A stretch of DNA of 64,000 nucleotides from an uncultured Collinsella sp. (GCA_902470915.1 CABRIB010000001.1:551-64550), one strand, 5' to 3'; shown: positions 8,672 through 17,374, counted from the first letter of the stretch. Numbers and translations are program-made. Notes: generated from the letters alone by a model not told the origin.

Positions 8672-9601
8672 CTATGCATCCACGTGAACGAGCAGACAAC
8701 GGAGCGTGCCGGAGCAACCCTCGTAGGGGCGCTTACCGGCGCCGTAGCCGACGGCCTCGATGCGGTAGCGGGCCGGTAGGTGCTCGGACGTGCGCAGTGC
8801 GGCGACGATGGCGGCGCCCGTGGGCGTCACGAGCTCGCCGGCGACCGGTGCGGGCGTGAGGGCGATATTGCCTGCCTGGCATAGGTTGACGACGGCGGGC
8901 ACCGGGATGGGCATAAGGCCGTGGGCACAGTGGATGGTGCCGTGACCCTCGGAGAGCGACTCGACGACAATGTCCTCGATACCCAGGTCATCGAGACAGA
9001 TGGCGACCGAGCAGATGTCGACGATGGAGTCGATGGCGCCTACCTCGTGGAACATGACGGTCTCGGGCGTTTTGCCGTGGGCCTTGGCCTCGGCGGCGGC
9101 GAGCGCGGTAAAGATGGCGAGCGCGCGGCGCTTGGCGCCATCGCTTAACTGCGAGCCATCGATGATGGCGGCGACATCCGCCAAAGAACGGTGGTGATGG
9201 TGGTGGGTGTGGTGATGATCTTCGTGCTCATGGGCGTGGCCCTCATGGTCGTGCTCATGGCAGTGCTCGTGTTCGTGCCCGCCATGATCATGATGGTGAT
9301 GCTCATGCTCATGCCCGTGCTCGTGCGTGTGCTCGACAGCTGTTTCGTTGCCGTAGAGCCAGGCCATATCGTGGTCGTGGTTCTCGAGTCCCTCTGCAAG
9401 CTGGACGTCGAAATCGCAGGCGTCGATGCCATGCTTGTTTGCACGCGTGACGGCGATCGTAAAGCCGTCGACCGGCAGTGTGGCGAGCTGTTCGCGCAGG
9501 TGCTCCTCGCTGGCGCCCAGATCGAGCAGGGCCGCGACGGTCATATCGCCGCTGATGCCTGAGGTGCCGTCGATGATAAGCGTGTGCTGATGATTGGACA
9601 T
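8672..9601 (-). CDS. larC: Nickel insertion protein LarC, N-terminal (LarC1-like) part only, with a long His-rich tract
   Basis: The N-terminus MSNHQHTLIIDGTSGISGDMTVAALLDLGA is typical of the LarC/DUF111 family. A metal-binding tract of ~50 aa follows (HEHGHEHEHHHHDHGGHEHEHCHEHDHEGHAHEHEDHHHTHHHHH). The ORF ends at ...GYGAGKRPYEGCSGTLRCLLVHVDA, with no C-terminal domain. Confidence 0.85.
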   Translation of the reverse strand: MSNHQHTLIIDGTSGISGDMTVAALLDLGASEEHLREQLATLPVDGFTIAVTRANKHGIDACDFDVQLAEGLENHDHDMAWLYGNETAVEHTHEHGHEHEHHHHDHGGHEHEHCHEHDHEGHAHEHEDHHHTHHHHHRSLADVAAIIDGSQLSDGAKRRALAIFTALAAAEAKAHGKTPETVMFHEVGAIDSIVDICSVAICLDDLGIEDIVVESLSEGHGTIHCAHGLMPIPVPAVVNLCQAGNIALTPAPVAGELVTPTGAAIVAALRTSEHLPARYRIEAVGYGAGKRPYEGCSGTLRCLLVHVDA

Positions 9602-9611
9602 GGAATGCTCC

Positions 9612-10394
9612 TTAGCGGGCGCGGGGTGTGCCGGCGCTCAGATGATTGATAAGACTTGCCTGGTAGGCGGCGCCAAAGCCGTTGTCGATATTGACGACCG
9701 AAACGCCGCTGGCACAGGAGTTGAGCATGGCGAGCAGTGCAGCTACGCCACCAAAACTTGCGCCGTAGCCAACGCTGGTGGGAACGGCGATGACCGGACA
9801 GCTCACCAGACCGCCGATAACGCTCGCCAGCGCGCCCTCCATGCCGGCGATGGCGATGACCACCTGCGCCTGGGCAAGTTCCTCGGCATGCGCGAGCAGG
9901 CGGTGCAGGCCGGCGACACCTACGTCGTAGAGGCGGTCGACCTCGTTGCCATAGAACTCGGCCGTCAACGCGGCTTCCTCGGCGACGGGCAGGTCGCTCG
10001 TGCCGGCGCAGGCGACGACGATGCGTCCGTTGCCGGTAGGGGAGGGCTTGCCGCCCACGAGGGCGAGCCGGGCGTCCGGGACATATCCCAGGTCGATGTC
10101 GTTGCCGAGAAGCTCAGCGGCGCGCGCGGCTTTTTCGGCATCCAGGCGTGTGACCAGGATGCGCTCCTGGCCTGCATCGAGTAATGCTTTGATGATGGAG
10201 GCAATTTGTTCGGCGGTTTTGCCGGCACCGTAGACAACCTCGCCGGCTCCCTGGCGCACTCCGCGCGAAAGATCGAGCTGCGCAAAGCCCAAATCGGCGG
10301 TCGGAGCCGTCTGGATGCGCGTAAGGGCATCGGCAGGGGTGACTGATCCGCCGGCAATATCGCTCAGCAGCTGCTCAAGATCTCGCTTATCCAT
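9612..10394 (-). CDS. larB: Nickel-pincer cofactor biosynthesis protein LarB (PurE-like carboxylase/hydrolase)
   Basis: PurE-like core (VACAGTSDLPVAEEA...; IAIAGMEGALASVIGGL...; VPTSVGYGASFGG). ATG 10394 follows a GAAGGGA RBS. Confidence 0.9.
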   Translation of the reverse strand: MDKRDLEQLLSDIAGGSVTPADALTRIQTAPTADLGFAQLDLSRGVRQGAGEVVYGAGKTAEQIASIIKALLDAGQERILVTRLDAEKAARAAELLGNDIDLGYVPDARLALVGGKPSPTGNGRIVVACAGTSDLPVAEEAALTAEFYGNEVDRLYDVGVAGLHRLLAHAEELAQAQVVIAIAGMEGALASVIGGLVSCPVIAVPTSVGYGASFGGVAALLAMLNSCASGVSVVNIDNGFGAAYQASLINHLSAGTPRAR

Positions 10395-10438
10395 ATATGT
10401 TCCCTTCGACGGCGCAAAGTCTAGCACTCAAAGGGTGT

Positions 10439-10472
10439 GTTTCCGAACACTAAGACAAAATTGTTCGGAAAC
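10439..10472. promoter_or_regulatory. Inverted repeat upstream of larB (candidate operator of the co-transcribed TetR, or the serB terminator)
   Basis: GTTTCCGAACA-N12-TGTTCGGAAAC, with 11-bp perfect arms. It lies 45 bp upstream of the larB ATG and 37 bp downstream of the serB-like stop. Confidence 0.35.
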
Positions 10473-10508
10473 TATAGGACAGACTGATTCAATTGTTAGA
10501 CGGATCGG

Positions 10509-11144
10509 CTAGTCACGCAGGATGATGTCCATGGCGAGCATCAGGTTGCGCTCGTCGATGGCAAACGGGGCGGCTTCGCGCGTCTTGGGCTTGGCGCAAA
10601 ACGCGATGCCCGTGCCCGCGGCCTGAATCATGGGGATGTCGTTTGCCCCGTCGCCAATAGCGACCGTGTGGGCCATATCGACACCGCACTCAACCGCCCA
10701 GTCCAGCAGCTGGATGAGCTTGGACTCCTTGGTCACAATGTCGGCAGCCAACTTACCGGTGAGCTTGCCGCCCACGACCTCCAGACGATTGGCCAGGCAA
10801 AAGTCGATACCCGCGGCAGCCACGATTTTATCGGCGACCTCGTGAAAGCCACCGCTTACCACGCCGACCTTCCAGCCCTTGCTGTGCGCCGAGCGCACAA
10901 GCTCCAGCGCGCCGGGGGTAAACGTCACGCGCTCAAACGTGCGCTCGAACACGCTCTCATCCAAGCCGGCAAGCAGCCCCACGCGCTCCTCGAGCGCCTG
11001 CTTAAAGTCCAGTTCGCCGCGCATGGCGCGCTCAGTGATCTTCGCCACTTGCTCGCCTACGCCGGCCTCCTCGCCCAACAGGTCGATGACCTCCTGGTTG
11101 ATGAGCGTGGAGTCGATATCCATAACGATGAGGCGTGCAGTCAT
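10509..11144 (-). CDS. serB: HAD-IB phosphatase, phosphoserine phosphatase-like
   Basis: HAD motif I DIDSTLI and a SerB-like cap (ITERAMRGELDFKQALEERV), plus GDGANDIPM. ATG 11144 follows GGAAAGG. Confidence 0.8.
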   Translation of the reverse strand: MTARLIVMDIDSTLINQEVIDLLGEEAGVGEQVAKITERAMRGELDFKQALEERVGLLAGLDESVFERTFERVTFTPGALELVRSAHSKGWKVGVVSGGFHEVADKIVAAAGIDFCLANRLEVVGGKLTGKLAADIVTKESKLIQLLDWAVECGVDMAHTVAIGDGANDIPMIQAAGTGIAFCAKPKTREAAPFAIDERNLMLAMDIILRD

Positions 11145-11400
11145 GGTGGGCCTTTCCGAGTGCAGTTGTATTGGGGCACATTGTCGCACGTGGCGCGCGT
11201 CGGCGACGGCCACGGTGCGTCAATTGTTTCGTCTCCGTCAAGTCTTTGGGCAGGGGCTACTTTTTCGCGGCACATCGACGCAGGTGCGATAACATAGAAC
11301 GCCATGTCTGGCTGCGCGGTTTACGCAGGCCGGGCAAATCTGTACGACGCCGCCCGGAACGACACGGGGCGGCACAGATCCATAAAGGAGGATCACTGGT

Positions 11401-13188
11401 ATGAGCCAGACCCGTCCCATCGACGAGCATTCCATGCACACCCGTACCTGCGGCGAGCTTCGCAGCGAGAACGTGGGCGAAGAGGTCACCCTCACCGGTT
11501 GGGTGAGCCGTCGCCGCGACCACGGCGGCCTTATCTTCTGCGACCTTCGCGACCGCGAGGGTATCACGCAGCTCACCTTCGACCCCGAGCACTCCGACGG
11601 CGACGCCTTTAAGATCGCCGAGACCATGCGTCCCGAGTGGCCCATCAAGATCCACGGCGTCGTGCGCGCCCGTGGCGAGGAGACCACCAACACCAAGCTC
11701 GCGACCGGCGAGGTCGAGGTCCTGACCGACCACGCCGAGGTGCTTAACACGTCCGTCACCCCGCCGTTCCAGATCGAGGATGGCATCGAGACCAGCGAGG
11801 ACACCCGTCTGCGCTATCGCTATCTGGACCTTCGTCGTCCCGAGATGATGGCCAACCTCAAGCTGCGCTCCGACTTTACCTTTGCCATTCGCGAGGCGCT
11901 GCACAACCGTGAGTTTATGGAGGTCGAGACGCCCTCCCTGTTTAAGTCCACGCCCGAGGGCGCCCGCGACTTCATCGTTCCCAGCCGTATTCAGCCGGGC
12001 AACTTCTACGCCCTGCCGCAGTCCCCGCAGCTCCTGAAGCAGCTGCTTATGGTCGGTGGCGTCGAGCGCTACTATCAGGTTGCCAAGTGCTTCCGCGACG
12101 AGGACTTGCGTGCCGACCGTCAGCCCGAGTTCACCCAGGTCGATATCGAGATGTCCTTCGTGGACCAGAACGACGTTATGAGCGCGCTCGAAGAGGTCCT
12201 GGCCGACGCCTTCGGCCGCATGGGTGTCGAGATGCCCACGCCGCTGCGTCGCATGGACTATTGGGAGGCCATGGACACCTATGGCTCCGACAAGCCCGAT
12301 ACTCGCTACGGCATGCACCTGGTCGACCTGACCGACATCTTTGCCAATTCCAAGTTCAAGGTCTTTGCGACTGCTGCAAACGAGGAGGGCTCTGTCGTCA
12401 AGGCCATCAACGCCAAGGGCGCCGGCGCCTGGGCGCGTGCCAAGATCGATAAGCTTGCCGGCGTGGCCTCCACGTTTGGCGCCAAGGGCCTGGCCTGGAT
12501 CGCCTTCCGCGAGGACGGCTCCATCAACAGCCCCATCGTCAAGTTCTTCTCGGACGAGGAGATGGCGGCTCTGCGTGAGCGCATGAACGTCGAGCCCGGC
12601 GACCTTGTGATGTTCGCCGCCGGTCCGCGCCTGCTCTCTGACGAGATCCTGGGCGGCATGCGTTCCCACATGGCCAACGCGCTCGAGATCAAGCGCGAGG
12701 GCCACGACTTCCTGTGGGTCGTCAACTTCCCGCTGTTCCACTGGGACGAGGACCGCAAGGCCTATGCAGCCGAGCACCAGCCTTTCACCCTGCCGACCGA
12801 GACCGACATCGCCAAGATCGAGGCCAATCCGTTGGCAGCCGGCTCTTGCACCTACGACTTTGTCATGGACGGCTTTGAGGCCGGCGGCGGTGGTATGCGT
12901 ATCCACAACGCCGAGATGCAGATGTCCATGCTCAAGCTCCTGGGCTTTACCGAGGAGCGCGCCGAGTCTCAGTTTGGCTTCCTCATGGAGGCTCTCAAGT
13001 TTGGTGCGCCCCCGATGGGCGGTTTTGCTCTGGGCCTGGACCGCGTGTGCATGCTGCTTACCGGTTCCGACTCCATCCGCGACGTCATGGCGTTCCCCAA
13101 GACGGCTAGCGGCTCCGACCTTATGTCGGGCGCCCCGAGTGCCGTTAGTGGCGCCCAGCTCAAGGACGTTAGCCTGCGCCTGATGTAG
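11401..13188 (+). CDS. aspS: Aspartate--tRNA ligase
   Basis: 595 aa. N-terminal OB fold, class IIb motifs (FRDEDLRADRQPEFTQVD, GGGGMRIHN, GLDRV). Strong AAAGGAGG RBS. Confidence 0.95.
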   Translation: MSQTRPIDEHSMHTRTCGELRSENVGEEVTLTGWVSRRRDHGGLIFCDLRDREGITQLTFDPEHSDGDAFKIAETMRPEWPIKIHGVVRARGEETTNTKLATGEVEVLTDHAEVLNTSVTPPFQIEDGIETSEDTRLRYRYLDLRRPEMMANLKLRSDFTFAIREALHNREFMEVETPSLFKSTPEGARDFIVPSRIQPGNFYALPQSPQLLKQLLMVGGVERYYQVAKCFRDEDLRADRQPEFTQVDIEMSFVDQNDVMSALEEVLADAFGRMGVEMPTPLRRMDYWEAMDTYGSDKPDTRYGMHLVDLTDIFANSKFKVFATAANEEGSVVKAINAKGAGAWARAKIDKLAGVASTFGAKGLAWIAFREDGSINSPIVKFFSDEEMAALRERMNVEPGDLVMFAAGPRLLSDEILGGMRSHMANALEIKREGHDFLWVVNFPLFHWDEDRKAYAAEHQPFTLPTETDIAKIEANPLAAGSCTYDFVMDGFEAGGGGMRIHNAEMQMSMLKLLGFTEERAESQFGFLMEALKFGAPPMGGFALGLDRVCMLLTGSDSIRDVMAFPKTASGSDLMSGAPSAVSGAQLKDVSLRLM

Positions 13189-13213
13189 ACAAGCGGCTAC
13201 ATATTGCCTGTAA

Positions 13214-13246
13214 CGAGGGAAGGACGCGTGCCTTCCCTCGTTTTTT
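13214..13246 (+). terminator. Rho-independent terminator of aspS
   Basis: CGAGGGAAGG-ACGCGTG-CCTTCCCTCG followed by TTTTTT. Confidence 0.85.
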
Positions 13247-13287
13247 ATGCGCCGAGGTCGTGAGGGCATGGGGTGACCGGACGTCGA

Positions 13288-13457
13288 GGAAACTGCGTCC
13301 CGGAATTTGCGTCCAGAATGGGATGTACTTTCCGCCAGGGTCGCTCAGCGGAAACTGCGTCCCAGAATCCAGCCAAATAACGGGTCGCACTTTCCGGTTG
13401 AGCCTTCTGGCGGAAACTGTGTCCCATCATTGACGCTCGAAATGGGATGCGGTTTCC
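13288..13457. repeat. Three tandem 62-bp units of alternating-orientation 14-mers
   Basis: GGAAACTG(C/T)GTCCC at 13288, 13350 and 13412. Imperfect reverse complements (GGGATGTACTTTCC, GGGTCGCACTTTCC, GGGATGCGGTTTCC) at 13320, 13382 and 13444. The sequence between the motifs is not conserved. Confidence 0.85.
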
Positions 13458-13544
13458 GTCCCACCCTCAACAAGCATCTAACGCTACAATAACTACCACG
13501 TGGCCGGGTTTGCCGGCCGAATGTGCGATGCCGCGGGAGGGGAC

Positions 13545-13793
13545 ATGGTCGAGTTTACGAAGACGATTAAAGATCCGTTGGGATTGCATGCCCGCCCGGT
13601 TGCGCTGCTCTATGACATCATTGCCAAGCATCGTAGCGACGTGTCGGTTTCGATTGGTGACCGCTACACCGATGGCCGCGACGTTATAGGGCTCATGGCA
13701 CTCTGCGGCGAATGTGGCGAAGACGTCGTGTTCCGCGTTTCGGGCGTGGATGAGGCCTCCTGCGTCACGTCGATCAGAAACCTCTCGCTCTAA
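13545..13793 (+). CDS. HPr-family phosphocarrier-like protein (His15 present; Ser46 position is Asp)
   Basis: MVEFTKTIKDPLGLHARPVA carries the His15 motif. The region that aligns to ..NLKSIMGVMSL.. reads ..DGRDVIGLMAL.. ATG 13545 follows GGGAGGGGA. Confidence 0.8.
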   Translation: MVEFTKTIKDPLGLHARPVALLYDIIAKHRSDVSVSIGDRYTDGRDVIGLMALCGECGEDVVFRVSGVDEASCVTSIRNLSL

Positions 13794-13849
13794 GCGCATC
13801 AATGTGACAAGGGGACAGTCCCCTTTGTTGCATAAATTGGTATGACAAG

Positions 13850-13886
13850 GCACCGCAAAGAGATGGTCTTTGTGGTGCTTCTTTTG
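13850..13886 (+). terminator. Rho-independent terminator after the HPr-like gene
   Basis: GCACCGCAAAG-AGATGGT-CTTTGTGGTGC followed by TTCTTTTGTTT. Confidence 0.7.
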
Positions 13887-13932
13887 TTTCGTATAGGAAA
13901 CTTTTTCGAAATCTGAATGGGGACCCTTTCCA

Positions 13933-13986
13933 AAAAGTTAACCACGTGCTAGTTTACTATAGCGAACATAGACGTGGTTAACTTTT
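13933..13986. promoter_or_regulatory. Inverted repeat upstream of feoA (candidate metalloregulator site)
   Basis: AAAAGTTAACCACGT-N24-ACGTGGTTAACTTTT, with 15-bp perfect arms. It ends ~43 bp upstream of the feoA ATG in an AT-richer stretch. Confidence 0.35.
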
Positions 13987-14028
13987 AACGCGTCGATGTT
14001 GAGGACGAACTGACGTTAGGAGCAACTC

Positions 14029-14271
14029 ATGTCTTGCGGACCGCAGATGCCGGCCATGCCGCTTTCGATGGTAAAAGCGGGCGAAACCGTGCGCGTGTCT
14101 CGTGTAAAGGGCAATGAGGACATGAAGCACCACCTCAAGGACCTCGGCTTTGTCGAGGGCAACGAAATCCATGTGGTGAGCTCGAGCGGCGCCAATATCA
14201 TCGTCACCGTGCTGGGCGCACGCTTTGGTATCGATTCCAAGGTTGCCATGCACATTATGACCGTCGGTTAG
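14029..14271 (+). CDS. feoA: Ferrous iron transport protein A
   Basis: FeoA SH3-like domain (VRVSRVKGNEDMKHHLKDLGFVEGNEIHVV). AGGAG RBS. Confidence 0.8.
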   Translation: MSCGPQMPAMPLSMVKAGETVRVSRVKGNEDMKHHLKDLGFVEGNEIHVVSSSGANIIVTVLGARFGIDSKVAMHIMTVG

Positions 14272-14310
14272 TCAGCAGCATTTCATAAAAACCGAAAGGG
14301 GGACAAGAGG

Positions 14311-14532
14311 ATGAAGACGTTGGGTGACGTTAAGGTGGGCGAGAGCTCCACCATCATCAAGCTTCACGGTGAGGGTGCGCTTCGCCGCCACCTTATGGAC
14401 CTGGGGCTCATCAAGGGTACTTCGTTCAAGGTCGTGAAGGTTGCACCGCTCGGCGATCCGGTCGAGATCAACGTGCGCGGCTACGAGCTTTCCATCCGCA
14501 AGGAGGAGGCGGCTGTCGTCGAGGTCCAGTAA
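14311..14532 (+). CDS. feoA: Ferrous iron transport protein A (second copy)
   Basis: FeoA domain (IIKLHGEGALRRHLMDLGLIKGTSFKVVKVAPLGDPVEI). Confidence 0.85.
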   Translation: MKTLGDVKVGESSTIIKLHGEGALRRHLMDLGLIKGTSFKVVKVAPLGDPVEINVRGYELSIRKEEAAVVEVQ

Positions 14533-14655
14533 GGGCTCGCGGCGTATATTTCTGCAGATAAAGTTAGGTATTTCTAACTTGATGCTGCAACTTTGAAGCA
14601 CATTATCCAGCCTGCGCGGAGAAAGCAGCGCAGGCACACAAGGAAGAAGGATTGA

Positions 14656-16983
14656 ATGGCGGATTCTCAGATCCATGTCGCGCTTGCGGGTAACCCCAAC
14701 TGCGGCAAGACCACGCTTTTCAACCTGATCACCGGCGCCAACGGCTACGTTGGCAACTGGCCCGGCGTCACGGTTGAGAAAAAGGAAGCCAAGCTCCTAA
14801 GCGACAAGAACGTTACCATCACGGACCTCCCTGGCATCTACTCGCTTTCCCCCTACAGCCCCGAGGAGCAATGCTCGCGCGATTACCTCATGAGCGGCGA
14901 GCCCGATGTCGTCGTCCAGGTGGTCGACGCCACCAACCTCGAGCGCAACCTGTACCTGGCGCTTCAGGTTATCGAGACCGGCCTGCCCGTGGTCGTTGCC
15001 CTCAACATGGCCGACTTGGTCGAGAAGAACGGCGACAAGATCGACACGGACAAGCTCTCCAAGAAGCTCGGCTGCCCGGTCATGATGATCTCGGCCCTTA
15101 AGAACAAGGGCATCAAGGAGCTGTTCGAGCAGGTTAAGAAGTCCGCTGCTTCCAAGGGCGAGGTGCCGGAGCACAAGTTCGACTCCTCCATCGAGGACGT
15201 TCTGGACCACATCGAGAACAACCTGCCGGCGAGCGTTCCCGCTAACAAGCGTCGCTATTACGCCGTCAAGCTGTTCGAGCGTGATGCAGACGCCTGCAAG
15301 CTCATCAACCTCACCAAGGAGAAGGCCGCTCGCGTGGAGGAGCTGGTCGTCCAGTGCGAGCAGGACTGCGACGACGATGCCGAGTCCATCATCACCGGTG
15401 AGCGCTATGGCGTCATCGCGCACATCATCGATGAGTGCCTCACCAAGGCCCCGGCCAAGATGAGCACCTCCGAGAAGATCGACCGTGTGGTTACCAACCG
15501 TATCCTGGGCTTGCCGATCTTTGTCGTCATCATGTTCTGCGTGTACTACATCGCCGTTTCCACCCTGGGCGGCACGGTGACCGACTTCACCAACGACCAG
15601 CTCTTTGGCACCGACGGTTGGTATGTGCTCGGCCAGGGCCGCGACGCCTACGACGCAGCTGTCGAGGCTGCGGGTGACGCCGCCGACTCGGTCGACCCGG
15701 CACAGTACGGCCCCTATGTTCCGGGTATTACCACCGTGGTGCACGATGCCCTTGTGGCGGGCGGCACCGAGGACGGTGGCCTGGTCGATTCGCTGGTCTG
15801 TGACGGTATCGTCGGCGGTCTGGGCGCCATCTTCGGCTTCGTGCCGCAGATGTTCCTGCTGTTCGTGATGCTGTCTTTCTTGGAGGACTGCGGCTACATG
15901 GCCCGCGTCGCCTTCATCATGGACCGCGTGTTCCGCCGCTTTGGCCTGTCCGGCAAGTCCTTTATCCCCATGCTCGTGTCCTCGGGCTGCGGCGTCCCCG
16001 GCGTCATGGCCACCAAGACCATCGAGAACGAGAAGGACCGCCGCATGACGGTCATGACCACCACGTTTATTCCCTGTGGCGCCAAGCTGCCGATCATCGC
16101 TCTGCTCATGGGTTCCATCATCGGCGATTCTTCCACCACCGCCGCATGGATCAGCCCGCTGTTCTACTTCTTGGGCGTCTTTGCCGTCATCGCCTCGGGC
16201 CTCATGCTCAAGAAGACCAAGCTCTTCGCCGGTCGCCCGACGCCGTTCGTTATGGAGCTTCCCGCCTATCACTTCCCGGCAATCCGCTCTTGGGCGCTGC
16301 ATGTATGGGAGCGCTGCTGGGCCTTTATCAAGAAGGCCGGCACGGTCATCTTCGCGTCCACCGTCGTGGTTTGGTTCCTCTCCAACTTTGGTAGCTACAA
16401 CGGTTCCTTCGGCTTCCTGCCTGCGATGGACGGCATCCCCGAGGAGTTTATGGACTACTCCGTGCTCGCCATGCTGGGCAACCTGGTCGCTTGGATCTTC
16501 GCCCCGCTCGGCTTTAGCACCTGGCAGGCCACCGCGCTGACTGTCTCTGGACTTGTCGCCAAGGAGAACGTCGTCGCCACCGCCGGCTCGCTGCTGTCCG
16601 TTGCCGACGCCGCCGAGACCGACCCGAGCCTGTGGACCGCGTTCGCCGGCATGTTCCCGACTATGGGCGCTTGCGTTGCCTTTGGCGCATTCAACCTGCT
16701 GTGCGCCCCGTGCTTTGCCGCCATGGGCACTATCCGCAACCAGATGGACTCCGGCAAGTGGACCGCGATTGCCATCGGCTACGAGTGCGCCTTTGCTTGG
16801 GTGATCGGCCTGTTCATCAACCAGTTCTACAACCTGCTTGTCCTTGGCCAGTTTGGTATTTGGACGGTTGTAGCCATCGTTCTGCTGGTTGCGATGCTCT
16901 TCCAGATCTTCCGTCCCATGCCTAAGCACGCCTGGACCGACGAGGACGAGACCAACACCGCTTCCGCCGCAGTTTCAGCTTAA
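14656..16983 (+). CDS. feoB: Ferrous iron transporter B
   Basis: 775 aa. N-terminal G-domain (GNPNCGKTTLFN, DLPGIYS) followed by a polytopic membrane domain. Confidence 0.95.
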   Translation: MADSQIHVALAGNPNCGKTTLFNLITGANGYVGNWPGVTVEKKEAKLLSDKNVTITDLPGIYSLSPYSPEEQCSRDYLMSGEPDVVVQVVDATNLERNLYLALQVIETGLPVVVALNMADLVEKNGDKIDTDKLSKKLGCPVMMISALKNKGIKELFEQVKKSAASKGEVPEHKFDSSIEDVLDHIENNLPASVPANKRRYYAVKLFERDADACKLINLTKEKAARVEELVVQCEQDCDDDAESIITGERYGVIAHIIDECLTKAPAKMSTSEKIDRVVTNRILGLPIFVVIMFCVYYIAVSTLGGTVTDFTNDQLFGTDGWYVLGQGRDAYDAAVEAAGDAADSVDPAQYGPYVPGITTVVHDALVAGGTEDGGLVDSLVCDGIVGGLGAIFGFVPQMFLLFVMLSFLEDCGYMARVAFIMDRVFRRFGLSGKSFIPMLVSSGCGVPGVMATKTIENEKDRRMTVMTTTFIPCGAKLPIIALLMGSIIGDSSTTAAWISPLFYFLGVFAVIASGLMLKKTKLFAGRPTPFVMELPAYHFPAIRSWALHVWERCWAFIKKAGTVIFASTVVVWFLSNFGSYNGSFGFLPAMDGIPEEFMDYSVLAMLGNLVAWIFAPLGFSTWQATALTVSGLVAKENVVATAGSLLSVADAAETDPSLWTAFAGMFPTMGACVAFGAFNLLCAPCFAAMGTIRNQMDSGKWTAIAIGYECAFAWVIGLFINQFYNLLVLGQFGIWTVVAIVLLVAMLFQIFRPMPKHAWTDEDETNTASAAVSA

Positions 16984-17013
16984 GTCCGAATAAGGATCAG
17001 CCCCTTTCCACGA

Positions 17014-17045
17014 GCCCGGGTGTCTCAGCGACACTCGGGCTTTTT
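17014..17045 (+). terminator. Terminator-like hairpin after feoB
   Basis: GCCCGGGTGTC-TCAGC-GACACTCGGGC followed by TTTTT. Confidence 0.7.
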
Positions 17046-17158
17046 GGTGAGGGAGATGTGGCGTTTCCGCAGATAAAACCGACCAAAATATACCTGTCCC
17101 TTTTTGGCAGGTGGAGAATGGGGTAAAGTAAGTGGTGGTTAACTAAAGGAGGCTTGCT

Positions 17159-17359
17159 ATGGCACCTATCGATATTGTTGTACTGGCTGTTATCGGCATT
17201 GCGTTTGTCGCCGTGTGCGTGCGCATTTATCGTAAGGGCACTTGCGCCGACTGCGCTCAAGGTGGCGTTTGCACGGGACATTGTTCCAATAAAAAAACCT
17301 GCGCCGCGCTTAAGGGCGTGGACAAAATTGCCGAAGACCTGGGCCGCGGTATCAAATAA
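17159..17359 (+). CDS. FeoB-associated Cys-rich membrane peptide
   Basis: 66 aa: one TM helix, then CADCAQGGVCTGHC. Strong AAGGAGG RBS. It lies directly downstream of feoB. Confidence 0.75.
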   Translation: MAPIDIVVLAVIGIAFVAVCVRIYRKGTCADCAQGGVCTGHCSNKKTCAALKGVDKIAEDLGRGIK

Positions 17360-17374
17360 GGTCCAGGCATCCAG

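Noticed and set aside
8672-8717. Possibility that the larC/tetR overlap hides a programmed frameshift into a LarC2 domain.
   Set aside because: The downstream frame encodes an unmistakable TetR HTH protein, not a LarC C-terminal domain. The truncation is reported as a finding instead.
9145-9562. ORFs in other frames or strands across the larC His-rich tract (9145-9444 - and 9191-9562 +).
   Set aside because: These are frame-shifted readings of the CAC/CAT/GAG-rich His/Glu tract. The LarC frame is continuous and has family signatures on both sides.
13288-13457. Possible CRISPR array (regularly spaced repeats).
   Set aside because: The conserved unit is only 14 nt, orientation alternates, there are only three periods, and there are no cas genes. 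It is kept as an unexplained periodic repeat instead.
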